Numbered from the stretch's first letter, positions 1 through 12,295 are shown. The stretch is DNA of 64,000 nt from Podarcis bocagei (GCA_964188305.1 OZ076886.1); one strand, 5' to 3'. Notes: generated from the letters alone by a model not told the origin. Numbers and translations: made by a program.

Positions 1-440
1 AACCAACCTGCCACGAGTGCTTGGCTCATCTGCTGCATTCTGGAGCAGATCTGAACAAAACTGAATTATTAATGCCTCTTAAATGTGCTATACACATTCC
101 TTCCGTCCTCTGCAATAGTCTAAAAACCAGCTCTGCATCTCAACCACATCACGAAACTAGTAAGCTTTATGGCAAAAGTTTAGACCTGCCTTTATTAAAT
201 GAATCTGTGCAGCATCTAATTAACCCACAAAATAGCTCTGCCTCAGTAAAAACAGCAGGCACGCCTATGAAAACCCCATGTTCAGAATTTATCTCTGAAC
301 AAGCCAGCAAGGCAGAATGTACCCAGTGTTGCCACAAGCTTGGTCCAGATCAGACTTCAGTGATGCAGAATGACTACCTGACTCAAGGCCTACCAAACAT
401 TGGGAGAAGCCTAGCTTGTAAAAAAGATGCCAGAGCTGTG
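1..440 (+). CDS. WNK2: Candidate large cassette exon of WNK2 (3' part only), at the position equivalent to the WNK1 HSN2 exon
   Basis: Frame is open from base 3 to a stop at 471-473. Donor GTG|GTAGGT at 440/441 is phase 0 and matches the phase-0 acceptor at 3645. Confidence 0.55.
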
Positions 441-2223
441 GTAGGTGGAATGCCTCATTGCTTCCTCACTTGACTTAGAAGACTGAACAATTCCAAGAAT
501 GATACTGAATGCATCCTCTTTGACCCGGAATGACTTTCAATCAGTTAGAAAAGTCATGCTTGCCCTACTTTTCCCTTTTCTCTCTCCAAAATGCCTGTAA
601 TAAAACCTAAGGTGTACTTAGTTTGTATGGTCCCATGAATTCCATGACAGCATCGCTTTCTTAACCCGGGGGAGGGGAATAGCTTTGGTGATTGTACCAG
701 CCTTCCTTTGTTGTTGCAACGGTTCCTCAGATAAATGTACTACCTGCCTTGTAAGTTTTAATCTTATCTTGCTGCTTTATTATATAAAGCAAAAGGCCTG
801 CAACTTTGTGCAATTGCAAAATTCAACAATGTAGCTGGGTGCCTCAGTGCCCACCCAACATTTGATTTTCAGTTGTGAAGTATGGATGTGACACTCCTGA
901 TAGCTTTAAAAAGTAAAATACTTTTAACTTGACATTTGTGAGAAACATTGGTTATTGCTTTTTTATCTAAATGGAAACTCTTAAAAAGTAAAATACTTTT
1001 TCATAAAGATGCACTTTGCTTAATTTTAGTCATCACAACAATTATTTATATTTGATCAGTTGTGTTTCATTTTTTTCCTTCAACACCGTTTACATCAGAG
1101 TAAGACTTCAAATAGATGACATTATGTTTTAATGAGGTATTTTTGACATATAACATATTCCTATTAATCACTTACAAAGAAAAGTGCCAGAAGTCATCCT
1201 TTGTAATATGGCTTTTAACTCATCAAGTTTTCATTCAGCATCCAGCCACATACATTCTGATGTTTTGTAGAGGGTTCCTGCCTTTCTGTAAAAAAATAAC
1301 AATGCTATTTAATTTTTTTTAACAAGCCATTATTTGTTTTTGGCTAGCCATTTTTATTTCTGAAAAAAGCTGCTCTTTATCGACTCGTAGACTACCTAGT
1401 GCTAACATGGCTGTTTTTTATTCATTCATAAAAATATAAAGCAACTCACATATGTAGTAACTTCTCCCTTCCCTAATGTGTTACAGCATGCTTTTAGTTG
1501 CAAATCCCCTCTTCCCCCAAAGTTTATCAGCTGTTTTTAATCACTTGCCTGCCTTTCATGAAAATGTAAAGTGTGCTTTATGTGTTTCAATTCTGTTTTC
1601 TTTAAAGTCATTTTTGTTTATGCATTTTTCATGGTTGCGTAAGCTGTTCAGGTAGTGGAGTCTAGTGAATAAACAAGACTTCTCTATGGCCTTAGTGCCC
1701 AACCACTGAAGTTACAGTCGGGGTAGGAAATATGCTGTGGGCAGGCATCAGCTTATGGGGCTATTCATTTATTACTTTTCAGTGCCCTGGAGAGAATGAA
1801 TGGAATGATTTCCCCTCACCACAACCAGTCCACACTCTGCCATACATTTTGGGAATAGTGAAAATGTTCTCAGAAAGGGTTGAGTCTTTGACACCTCTCC
1901 TTTTAAAAACTAAACATTATTCTGTAATCTGACTGGTGCGTGGATGCCCTAGTGTGCCTGCTCTCTGCTTTATCACCTTCTCCCCCGCCCTCCCATAACA
2001 TCTTAGAGTCCAACTAGATGGGATGCAAGAGAGCCATGATGGGATGCTCCAGCATTTCCTTTAAAAAACAAAAACCACCACCCACAAAAGGAAGATAGTT
2101 GAAAAGTAGGCTGTATGTTTAGACATCATGTAGGGGGGAAATATTAGCTTTTGCAGGGAGGGGAATTTTGGCATATGTGAAGTTAATCTCCCTTACCCTT
2201 GTAACTGGTCCTGCTCAAATAGT

Positions 2224-2228
2224 GCGCG

Positions 2229-2271
<43 letters not shown>
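2224..2271. repeat. (GC)n(AC)n compound microsatellite
   Basis: Seen directly. Confidence 0.95.
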
Positions 2272-2273
<2 letters not shown>

Positions 2274-3644
2274 CTTGCTTGCTTTTGTTGGTTTAAGGAA
2301 GGCTGTGTACACACTCCCATTTATATTGCATCCACTTCTGGTTTGAGAAGCAGTTAGCCACAATCCATATCTATCCTGTCATTTATTCTGAAACACTGTG
2401 TTCTGATGCATTTCCACCCCAAAACCAGCTTCAGTCTGAATTGAAAATAAGTATGAGCCTTTCTGTGTTTTAAGCCAGTAATATGTACACAGTCAAAAGG
2501 TCAGGAGATCTAATGGCAAATCTCCTGTCCCATATCTGGTTTGACTCATTCTGACAATCCCAAGAAATAAATGGTCACTACTGCACTGTAAATACATTAT
2601 TTACCTTCATGTGGAACTGCTAGGAACTGTTGGTGGTGACTTGGAGATTCAGTGTAGGTCAGCATGCCTCGGTTTCCTCTCCACTCTCTTTCCCCCTACC
2701 CTTCAGTCCCCCTACCATTTCTCAGTAACATAATCATGCTTCCAGGGTTTTCCCACACCTGTCATCTGAGTCATAGGGAAAAGGGAAGTATAGGCATCAC
2801 GCAATATGCTTGGGTTTTACAACCGTGCTTTTATTGCCAGTTGCTTTAGTGTGAATATTTGTTTGTTTGAATGTTCACATTTTAATATACTTCTCTTGTG
2901 AGCCATAATGGGCTAAAAGGCAGATTGCATCAGTTGTAAAATAAATAAATAAGGTCTCATCCCATTCTTGCCTTGTCTCACAGGCATAAGATAATTGCCT
3001 CCGTTTAGTGCTAATTGCTCGAGTAGCAAGTTTGCATGCCTTGGTGGAAACAGTGGACACCATGACACCAGCCAGCTTGGGCCTTGTAAAGGCAGAGAAC
3101 AGTGTAAATGAAGGCTGTAAAAAACAGAAAGCCATCTGTGACTTTCTGCTCCAATGCTCATACTTATTAAAGATTTTTTTTAGAAAAAGAGAAAGAAAGA
3201 AATCTCCTTGCCCACTTACAAGGGAAGGAGGGAAATCTCCAGTAAACATTTACTGCACCTGAAGGTTATGTTCTTGGCATGTATGCATACATTGTTATTG
3301 TTTCTTGTGGACACATTTTGAGTATACTGTATTCAAGGTATTCATAGGATCACAGCACTGGAATTGAGGTTCCAGCAGCTTCGTTCCATCCTTTCAGCTG
3401 TAACTCCTGTGTCTTCTTTTCTGTATTTTATACCAAGTATGGATTACAAAACTTGGGTGTTGAGTTTTGTCATCACTGCTTACCATAGGAAAAGGTCCAC
3501 TCAGTTTATGGGCCTCACTTCTTGAACGGCTACGAGATTGCGATTAAGGAGTGATTCATAACACAACTTGGCTGTCCTGACAGCCAATAATTTTTGTAGC
3601 TTGTAGTTTTCTAAAGTAGTTTCCCCCCCCTTTCTTCCCTTCAG

Positions 3645-3797
3645 CCTGGACTTCCAGTGGTTCAGGCTCCACCTGCTGTTGTCTCTCAGCGACCACAACA
3701 TTATCAAGAACCAGCAATCCCATTCCCTCTCGTCCATCCCACCTCCGTTGCCCCTGTCCAGATGAGACAATCACAGCCTGTGTTAGCCAGCCAGCAG
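3645..3797 (+). CDS. WNK2: WNK2 exon (PGLPVVQAPP...VLASQQ), 153 nt, phase 0-0
   Basis: Pyrimidine tract + CAG acceptor; CAG|GTAAGT donor; resembles human PGLPVGSVPA...PPGQQ. Confidence 0.9.
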
Positions 3798-4551
3798 GTA
3801 AGTAGTTAGTGGTTGTTTTGCTTTTAAGTGAAGATGCTGAATAAACATAGGGGTGTTTTATTACCCTTTATATCAAGCCTGCTTGTGCATTATTACAAGT
3901 GTGGTGTAATCTTCAAATGCAGTGCTCAAATTCTAAAATGAGTTATTATAATTGTGCTGCATCCATTTAATATGCAAGAAAGACAGGGAGCACTGAGTTT
4001 TTAAGCCTCCATCCCTACCTGCGGTCCTTTCCGCAGCTCATCTCCTCAATTTTCTTCCATGACCAGGAGGAGAGGATACATTTCATTCTTTGGAGATGGA
4101 AAATAAGGTTTTCATCCATCATAACTTTGCGTGACCTACCTAGTACTGACCCAGATAGCGCCTCTGCAGTTTCCCAGGTTGCTTCATTTCTCACAAAAAC
4201 GGGGAGGTAGTTGGTGACTTTCTGTGGGGGATGTGGAATCTGAACATGGTGCTCCTCTGGTGCAGTCCTGGGACACAATGCACAATGGAATGACGCTACA
4301 TCACTATGGCATGATTCAGCCAGTCTGCAGGTGGTAGGCGATGGCTTTTCCTAGACTACATGGATTTCCCCCCTCAACTTTTCTCTTAACAGTGTTAATT
4401 TATTATTTTCTTAGCACTTAAGCTGGTCAAGAGAGTTGTTGTTGTTGACACCTATGTTGAGGTATCAGGTAGTGCCTATGACAAATAAATTATCCCCCAT
4501 GGCCAGAGCACTTTGGGAACTTACGGTGTACTCCCTTTTTCTCTCTACCAG

Positions 4552-4743
4552 CAGTCCATCCCACCTCCAGCTCCTCTACAGCATGTTCTAGCCAACCAGC
4601 CCATTTGCCCAGTGCAACAACCTGCACCTCACCTATTGCCCCAGTATCAAACTCCCAGTTCTCAGGTGGCAGCTAGCAATGCATCTCTCGCACCTCTGCA
4701 GATTCCCCCTGTGCAGCAACTTCCAACAGTCCCACCTGGCCAG
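4552..4743 (+). CDS. WNK2: WNK2 exon (QSIPPPAPLQHVLANQP...PPGQ), 192 nt, phase 0-0, NAGNAG acceptor (4552 or 4555)
   Basis: ctctctacCAG|CAG acceptor; CAG|GTAAGC donor; Pro/Gln-rich translation colinear with human. Confidence 0.9.
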
Positions 4744-5339
4744 GTAAGCTGACCTTCAAATTCAATAAGCATTATTTATTTTGTTATAAGTCATTAATTT
4801 TGGTAGAACTTCACAGCTAATAGTTGGTATGGCAGGCTTCGTAATTAGTGTGTGGCTTCTGTGCATTTGCATCTTGTTTAGGAAATTTATTTTTATTACT
4901 TAATTGTATAGTGCATAAAATAAATTGAGCACATCCAAAAAAGTTAAAGGAGATACATCATTGCCTGAAGACTTTCAATCTAAATACTGACACAAAAGAG
5001 AAGGGGTGGTTATAGTATGCAAATGGTATCATTTATAAAGCAGAGCAAATTGTTTCTCGCTCAAGAAAAATATAAAAGTAGGAAAAGCAAACAAAAATGC
5101 TAGGTTTTAACTATAAGAGAAGAAAGAGAATGTATTTGAACCAAAACTGTGGCTTGTCAGGATTGAACTTCAACTAGCCTCTAAGTACCAGTATCTGGAA
5201 CTGGTCTTCCAGTTGTTGAAACCAGCCCAGACATGGCCACTGTTACTGAAAAATTCCAGAGGCTGGAACACCGTCTGTTCTGTTGAAGTAAGCCATGGTT
5301 TACTGGCTTTGTGTTATGTGCAAAGAATGTCGCTTTGGG

Positions 5340-5922
5340 CATCAACCTGGATAGCTCAGTTGGTTAGAGTGTGGGATGCCTGATTATCGTTTTCCAAAGC
5401 AACTACTCTATTCTGAACTTAAAAATGGAAAGTGTAATTCTGGTGGTCAACAAAAGAGGTTTAAAGACTGTCTCAAGGCAAATCTAAAAAAAAAGTAGTA
5501 TAAACACCAACAACTGGGAAACACTGGCTGCGAGCGCTCCAGTTGGAGAACAGCCTTTACCAAAGGTGCCATGGGCTTTGAAGACACTCAAACGCAGAAC
5601 ACAAGGGAGAAACATGCTAGGAGGAAGGCACGCTTGGCAAATCCACATCGTGATCAACCCCCACCCAGGAACCAATGTCCCCACTGTGAAAGGACGTGTG
5701 GGTCCAGAATTGGCCTCCCCAGCTACTTACGGACTCATTGTTAAAACCGTGTTTATGGAAGACAATCTTACTCGGCTACAAGTGATCACCAAAGAAGAAG
5801 AAGGTGCTCATAATGCCAAGGATGCAGTTTTGATCCCCATATGGGACAGCTGCATATTCCTGCCTTGCAGGGGATTGGACTAGATGATCCTCAAGCTCCT
5901 TTCCAACTCTACAAGTCTATGA
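5340..5922 (+). mobile_element. tRNA-headed SINE with CR1-like 3' tail, split by a nested LINE fragment
   Basis: GGATAGCTCAGTTGGTTAGAG (A box) at about 5349; the head resumes at about 5803 (GGTGCTCATAATGCCAAGG...GATCCCC); tail GGACTAGATGATCCTC...TCCAACTCTAC...CTATGAT. Confidence 0.8.
5375..5802 (+). mobile_element. 5'-truncated RTE-clade LINE 3' end
   Basis: Translates as MPDYRFPKQLLYSELKNGK..GGQQKRFKDCLKANLK, typical of the RTE ORF C-terminus; ends in a (GAA)n tail. Confidence 0.85.
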
Positions 5923-6718
5923 TCTGATGGCATGGGCTCTAGCCCACAATAAGTTCTGTGCCATAATAAGCCAGTTAGTATTTTAATGTTCCTCGGTCTC
6001 CATTTGTTGTTATTGCTTTGCATTTTCTGAATGTATGCAAAAACAACTGAGGAAAGGAACAGTGGAAAGAGACTTCCAGCCATAGGAAAAGCAAAGCAGG
6101 ACAGTGAAAACAACAGAACAGCTGACACACAGGGATTACCAAAGAAAAGCAAAAACAAAGACCAATCAACCAGTGAACCAAAATAGATAGCAATAAAGAT
6201 AACGTTTGGGCTTCTTTGAATAAATTGTGTTATTTACATTCCTTGTCCTCCATTTGGTCTTAATTTTTCTGAATTGTTTTGTTGAAAATTTAATTAGTAG
6301 TAGGGTAGACAGGCCATAGATACTGAAAATTCTGCATGATGGACAGAATATGACTCTATTTCCCCCCATGAGCTCTCACTTACCTTCATCACCTCCCCCG
6401 CCTTCATTTCTTATTGTAGTGCTCAGGTTGTTACTTCCTTTAGCGGTAGCAGCAATATAGATGCTTTTCAGTGGCTTATAATAGATTTTCTGACCAATAA
6501 GTTGAAGGTGAACAAGTACCTTTGCTCTTTTTCTGACTGTATCAAAATGGGGGAGGGGGAACCCACAATGCTTTGTTCCAGAACAGAAGATGCCCATTGA
6601 AGACAAGGTCCCTGGCCTGATTAGATTTTTCTGCACTTTGTTTCCTATGTTAAATCCACATGTTAAGTAATAGCTGACACTGCCTTATGTTGGGTTCAAA
6701 TGCATTTGCCTCTTACCT

Positions 6719-6722
<4 letters not shown>

Positions 6723-6775
<53 letters not shown>
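6723..6775. repeat. (GA)n microsatellite
   Basis: Seen directly. Confidence 0.95.
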
Positions 6776-6779
<4 letters not shown>

Positions 6780-9372
6780 GCTCACATATTTTGAAAGCAT
6801 TTACATTTTCATATATTTTTTCTTGAATCTAAAAAATTGTGTGGGTATATCTTTCTATAACACAATTTTTATTTTTTTTCAGTATCTCTGCAAAATATTT
6901 TTGAACAGTTACACCAGTTGTTATGTCCATTTATTTTGCTGGTGCAACAAACTTTTTAAATTTTGAGCATTTAGTGTAATTGCTCCACCAGTATTTGTGA
7001 AGGAAACTTTCTGCTTCAGGACAGTGGTTGTGTACAATATATTGCACACAAATACTAGCTTTTCAGCTTCCTGTCATCATCCCCTTGCTTTCTTCAAAAG
7101 CCAGTGTAAGGTTGGGTGACTCTTGAGAGCAGCATTCCATGACACACAAAGGGTGCACAAGAAGGAAAAGATTGACAAATCTATGTCCACAAAGAAGCAC
7201 TTGGAGCACTGTGCATACTGCATATGCATTCTCGCGTGCGCAAACACACAGACAAGTCCTTGTGATCTCAGTCCACCAGAAAGAATGTGATTGTCTGTAC
7301 TGGTGAGTGTGGATAAAGAGGTGGTAAATAAAATGTTTAGGTCAGTAGTAGTAGGACTGGCAATATCAAGCCACTCACCATATTTTTAAAACTAAAAGAA
7401 TGAGAAAAGTAAAAATGCAGAACACAGTGAGGCAGACACATTGCTCAGACAATATTTTCAGGAGTCCCTTCACACTCTGATTCCCTCGTTTTTTTTCACA
7501 AAGTGGGAAATTTCAGCTGCTCTTAAAGCCCACATCAAATTAAAATTAGGATTCCAGGAAATTGGTTCTTTCCCCCTAAATGCTTAGCTTAATATATAAG
7601 AATGGACATATAATTGAGGGGTAGAGAGAGAAGAAGAGAGTGGTTTTGTTCCTTACTCAAAGGAAAATGGCTCACATATCTTCTGGATTTCTGCTCAGAT
7701 TCCCTCCTGCCTTTTTTCCACTTGAGGAGATACGGTACTTGTCCTGCTCTTTTTCAGAAACTGAGTTGCTTGTAGCTTGGCCTGTATCCCATAGCCAAAT
7801 TAAATTCTCCTGCTACCAGTCGAGGCCTCGTCAGATAGTACATATACAATTAGAAAGTTTGTGCTCACCAACGCTAATTGCTTTCAGAGTTCTGGTGTTT
7901 ACCCGCATGGATTGGCTGTTCAGAATAGAGAAGAGAAAGATTATCAAAGGAAGATAAGAGTGGGCAGTAAATAGCTTCATCTCTGTCAAGTGCTGAATCC
8001 TAGAGCATTCAACATGGAAGCAAACATGGGAGTAGAAATGCATTTTATACCTAGATACAACTGTTAGTCACCATAAGTGATGAAAGAAGTGCAATTTGTA
8101 TCCTTGTATAATCAATTTTAACATTTCCAAAATTTTACACAACCAAGCGATCGTGCCTTTATCCGATAATGCAAACAACTTTAAAACATACATGTATTTT
8201 TTTTTAAAAGTACCCCAGTATCTTTAGAACACAAGCTAGTGTGCAATAATATTTAAATGTGCATTAAATGAGGGAAGCAGGAGCTTCCAAAAATGGTTTA
8301 GTGCTGAAAATTCAAATGCATGTCAGTTTGCATCCCTGTAACTCCAAGGATTAATATCTTCAGTAGACGCTATCCTGTGATACATATATGCATTAAATGA
8401 GGTTTTTTGTTGTTTAATGCTGAACACTTTTGTGCATATCTGCTTGTAATGATTAGGATTAATCATATGTATATAGTTATTACCCAGTTTTTAAAAAATT
8501 ATAATAAATGTATAAAATATAGTAACTTGAATGGCATGCATTGGAGGCTTATTATGCAAGTTAAGTGTTTCTCAAACTATATGTAATTGCGTCCCAGCTT
8601 CTAATTGTGTTCAGTCTAACATGCTTTGCCCATCCTGAACTTCCTTAAGGATGCTTTCCCAGCTCTTATATCCCCTGCATTGCTTCTACCCACACAAACT
8701 GCAGTATTCTATCTCCCCATCCTTTGCATACCTGGTTTCCCCCCACCACATCGTCTCCAGTTGGAACAAAAGAACCTACAGCAGTTGGGACCTTTCAACA
8801 CCCCCATCTTCCTTATCAAGGATTCTAGTGGATTTCCAATCCTCACTTTGGAAAATGCTGAATTTTAACATTCTACCAATACAACATGCAAACCCTTGCA
8901 CAGACTTCTAGTTTGAGAAACACTGCAAAAATTAAGCTGCATGCAGAAGAAAATAAGTTTGCCCTGACTTGGCTGTAACTTTGCAGTGACTTGCAGCAAC
9001 TTCAATATGGGCAGAATCAGGGGTGGTGTTTCCTTCTTCACTGCTTGAGGCAAAACTGGAAGTGCCGTCCTGCTGGCAGAAAAGCACCACCGCCACCAAC
9101 CCTGATTTCAGGCAAGATCACCAATTTTTAGTGAGGTATTGCCCAAAATGGATGTGATCTTGCCTGAAATTGGCGCTGATGGTGATGGTGCTTCTCCACT
9201 GCTGGGGGAGGTGGTGGGGCCTCCCCCTGCCTAATACCTGGGCTGGCTCGGGTCAGGAAATTCTCCCTTCACTTCAAGTTACAAGAGTCTCTCTGCATAG
9301 CATGGCACTCCGCTGAACTGAACAAGAAAGCCTGTTCAAAATAGGAGCTCCATGTATACTGTATGTATAGTA

Positions 9373-9502
9373 NNNNNNNNNNNNNNNNNNNNNNNNNNNN
9401 NNNNNNNNNNNNNNNNNNNNNNNNNNNNNNNNNNNNNNNNNNNNNNNNNNNNNNNNNNNNNNNNNNNNNNNNNNNNNNNNNNNNNNNNNNNNNNNNNNNN
9501 NN
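9373..9502. other. Assembly gap (130 N)
   Basis: Run of N. Confidence 1.
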
Positions 9503-9845
9503 AACTCTGAATCAGGGCTGTGGTATTTAGAACCTGTGTGTGGGAGATGTGCAAAACACCTGCCCAAAGGTGTTTCTAGTGCAGGTACATAGAACGAGCA
9601 ATTATTAATAGATTGCTGCATGATTAATAAGTTTCCTTTGCAATAATTTTGAACTGCTCAGATTAACACGCAGTTGCTTTCAAGTCTTCTTCTCTGTTTG
9701 TTCTAAAATCAATCTTGCTTGCTCTCTGCGTAGACCCAAGAAAATGGGCGGAAATCACTATTCATCGTACTTATCATATTAGTAAGGCAAATGTGCCAGC
9801 CTGGAACGCTCTTTGCAATTCACGTAATATTATATTTTTTTTCAG

Positions 9846-10391
9846 ATTCCTCAGTTTCCCGTCATTCCTGCAGTTACTCCTCTGGCAGGACTTGATAGCC
9901 ACCCTCCAAACTTGTCTGATATACCTGCTGCAAATGCGCCCCCTATACCTGCTCCTTCTCAGTATTTTCCTCCAGCTGTGATTTTACCAAGCTTCCCCAT
10001 GAACCCTGCTCTGACATCAAATTCCCCTGCCCTGCCCATGCAAGCGGTCAACCTTCCTCATACTTCTGTGGCTTCCTTGGTCTTGCCCTGCCAAACAATT
10101 GTGCCAAATATGTCGGCTGCTCCAGTACCATTACTCGCTGTAGCTCCGCCAGGAGTGTCAGCTTTGCCAGCACATCATGCAGTAGCCCAGCTCTCCCAGC
10201 AGCAGATGTACCAGGCTACCCTCCAGCAGATAATTCAGAATGAAGTTCTTCCCTCTCCCCATCACACCCAGAACATGCAAGCAGTTTCACAACAGCAGCA
10301 GCAGCAGCTGCCTCCACTTCCTCAGTCACTTCAACCAAGCATAATTCATCCTTCAGAACAGACTATGTCTGCATCTGGGGCTGGTAATCAG
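9846..10391 (+). CDS. WNK2: WNK2 exon (IPQFPVIPAVTPLAGLD...QYFPPAVILPS...GAGNQ), 546 nt, phase 0-0
   Basis: tttttttcAG acceptor; CAG|GTAATC donor; strong similarity to human QYFSPAVILPS and PLLAVAPPGV. Confidence 0.93.
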
Positions 10392-12096
10392 GTAATCTGT
10401 TTGACATTGGACTTTCTCGGTACTAGAACATAGGAGTATCACTCTTAAGTAACAGTTCTGTAGCCTGTTTCACTATAAAAGCAAGTAGGGGAATTTGCCC
10501 TGCGGAGGTAGAATCAGAAAACCAGTCACTTTGGAAAAGGAATTTGTTTAATAAAAGTTTTAGGGTGATGAAAAGTAGAATATAGCAAGTGGCTGGCAAA
10601 CGATAGTTGATGGGCATGCATCAAGTGCCCCATCTTCTATCTCCTGTCGCAGGAGATGGTACAATATCTTATCAACAGTGAAGAAAATTTTGCTTTTGCA
10701 ATTAAGAAATAAATAAGTAGGTGATCTACACAGATCTACTTATATTTAATTCATTTATAATTTTGCTTATATACCACCAAAATTGCTTTAAAAGCAGACT
10801 GTTCTTCAACAAAGGGATTTTTACTGGGGACTAATTTCAGAAATATTATTTTGAGGATATTTATATATAATAGTAACAAATATTCTGCATTGTTGCAACT
10901 GCAGATTTTTAGGGTCACTGAAGCAATCAATACTAGCATTTACAGAGACAAAAATAGGAGTCTCTTAATAAAACAAGTTTATAACAGAATATAGAATTAA
11001 AGAATATTAACCACAATTTGAGCAGAAATGAGATTATAATGAGAATGAAGACTGCTTAAGAATGATAAAAATGGGAATTTTATAAGAAGCCATTGCATTT
11101 TATCATTATCGTCCACCTTCTTAAAATTCATAACATTTCATCTCAACCTATTGTTCTGTATCTTCAGCTTTACTGTATCTAAGTTTCTGTCTTCAGCCAT
11201 ATATTTGGTACACATAGATTGTTTGTGAAGAACTTAAGTTCATGTGATTCCCACCTACCCTCCACTGAACCAATGGTATTACTCCCATTGGATTCCATAA
11301 TAGTTGCACCAGGTCTTGTAGCTCTCTAAGCATTGCCTGTCACATACTGATAAACGTCTATCAGTTTTGACTTAAATTCATGATTTCTTATTTGTTCTCA
11401 AAGGAGACTTGTGGTACATGATGAGGAGCCTTGACCAGAAGATGTTTATGTTTTATGTCTTGCCATGGGAATGTGAAAAAATTGGCACCCCAGATTGCCT
11501 CTATTTCACTTGCACTGATCACTAAGTTAGTTTCTGTCTTCAGATTTAGAAATCTTGGAACTCCCTTGGCTGTAATTTAACTGTAATGAGTTGTAGCCAA
11601 TAACTCGTCCTACTCAGAGTAGAGCCACAGACAGGAGAAGTCCATTGATTTCAGCAGGCCTACTCAAAGCAGGGCTAGCATTGCCTAGAACCCAGTCTTT
11701 TAAAATGGATCAAAAATATAGGCTTTCCTCATCTTTCCCAAGTGCATGGAGATTGTGAAAGAACTGCTCTACTGGACTGTTGTGTCCACATGTTCCTTTC
11801 AAGGAAGCATTGTTCATTTTCACCCAAAATGAAACAATTATGTAAACTTGACAACATCCCTTTATATTAAATTTAAACTACTTTAAAACTATGTGCAGTG
11901 AATGCTAACAATGCAGGCTATTATTATTTTTCCCTGTCTTGGCGTCACAACACACACTACATATAAAATGCACACAAACATCAATTATAAGGCGCATTAA
12001 TAGTACTAAAAGTGACTTTCTCTGTCTTCTGTGCTTTCCTTTGCTGCTGCTGCCTCTTCTATTGTGTCTCTCTTCTGTATCCCATCCCTGCTTCAG

Positions 12097-12108
12097 CTTC
12101 CTGCTCAG
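12097..12108 (+). CDS. WNK2: Candidate 12-nt microexon encoding LPAQ, phase 0-0
   Basis: 82-nt AG-free pyrimidine tract with TGC motifs; CAG acceptor; CAG|GTAAAG donor; frame-preserving. Confidence 0.6.
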
Positions 12109-12227
12109 GTAAAGCTTGATTCAGTCATTTGAAACTTGCACAGTTCTAGCTTCTTGTACCAAGGAGAAATATATGCATAATGATGTGCCCATACTCAGTG
12201 CTGTTATGGAGAACTTCCCTTTTGTTA

Positions 12228-12295
12228 CTGCATTGCAAGGGGTTGGACTAGATGGCCCTGGGGTCCCTTCCAACTCTACAATTCTATAATTCTGT
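12228..12295 (+). mobile_element. CR1-tail SINE/LINE 3' fragment
   Basis: CTGCATTGCAAGGGGTTGGACTAGATG...TCCCTTCCAACTCTACAATTCTAT, the same tail as at about 5860-5920. Confidence 0.75.

Noticed and set aside
3008-3262. 84-aa ORF as a possible extra exon
   Set aside because: No convincing pyrimidine tract/acceptor and donor pair, and no WNK similarity.
5349-5374. tRNA gene
   Set aside because: Only a SINE head, interrupted and followed by a CR1-like tail.
5566-5883. 105-aa ORF
   Set aside because: Lies within the RTE/SINE composite; not a host gene.
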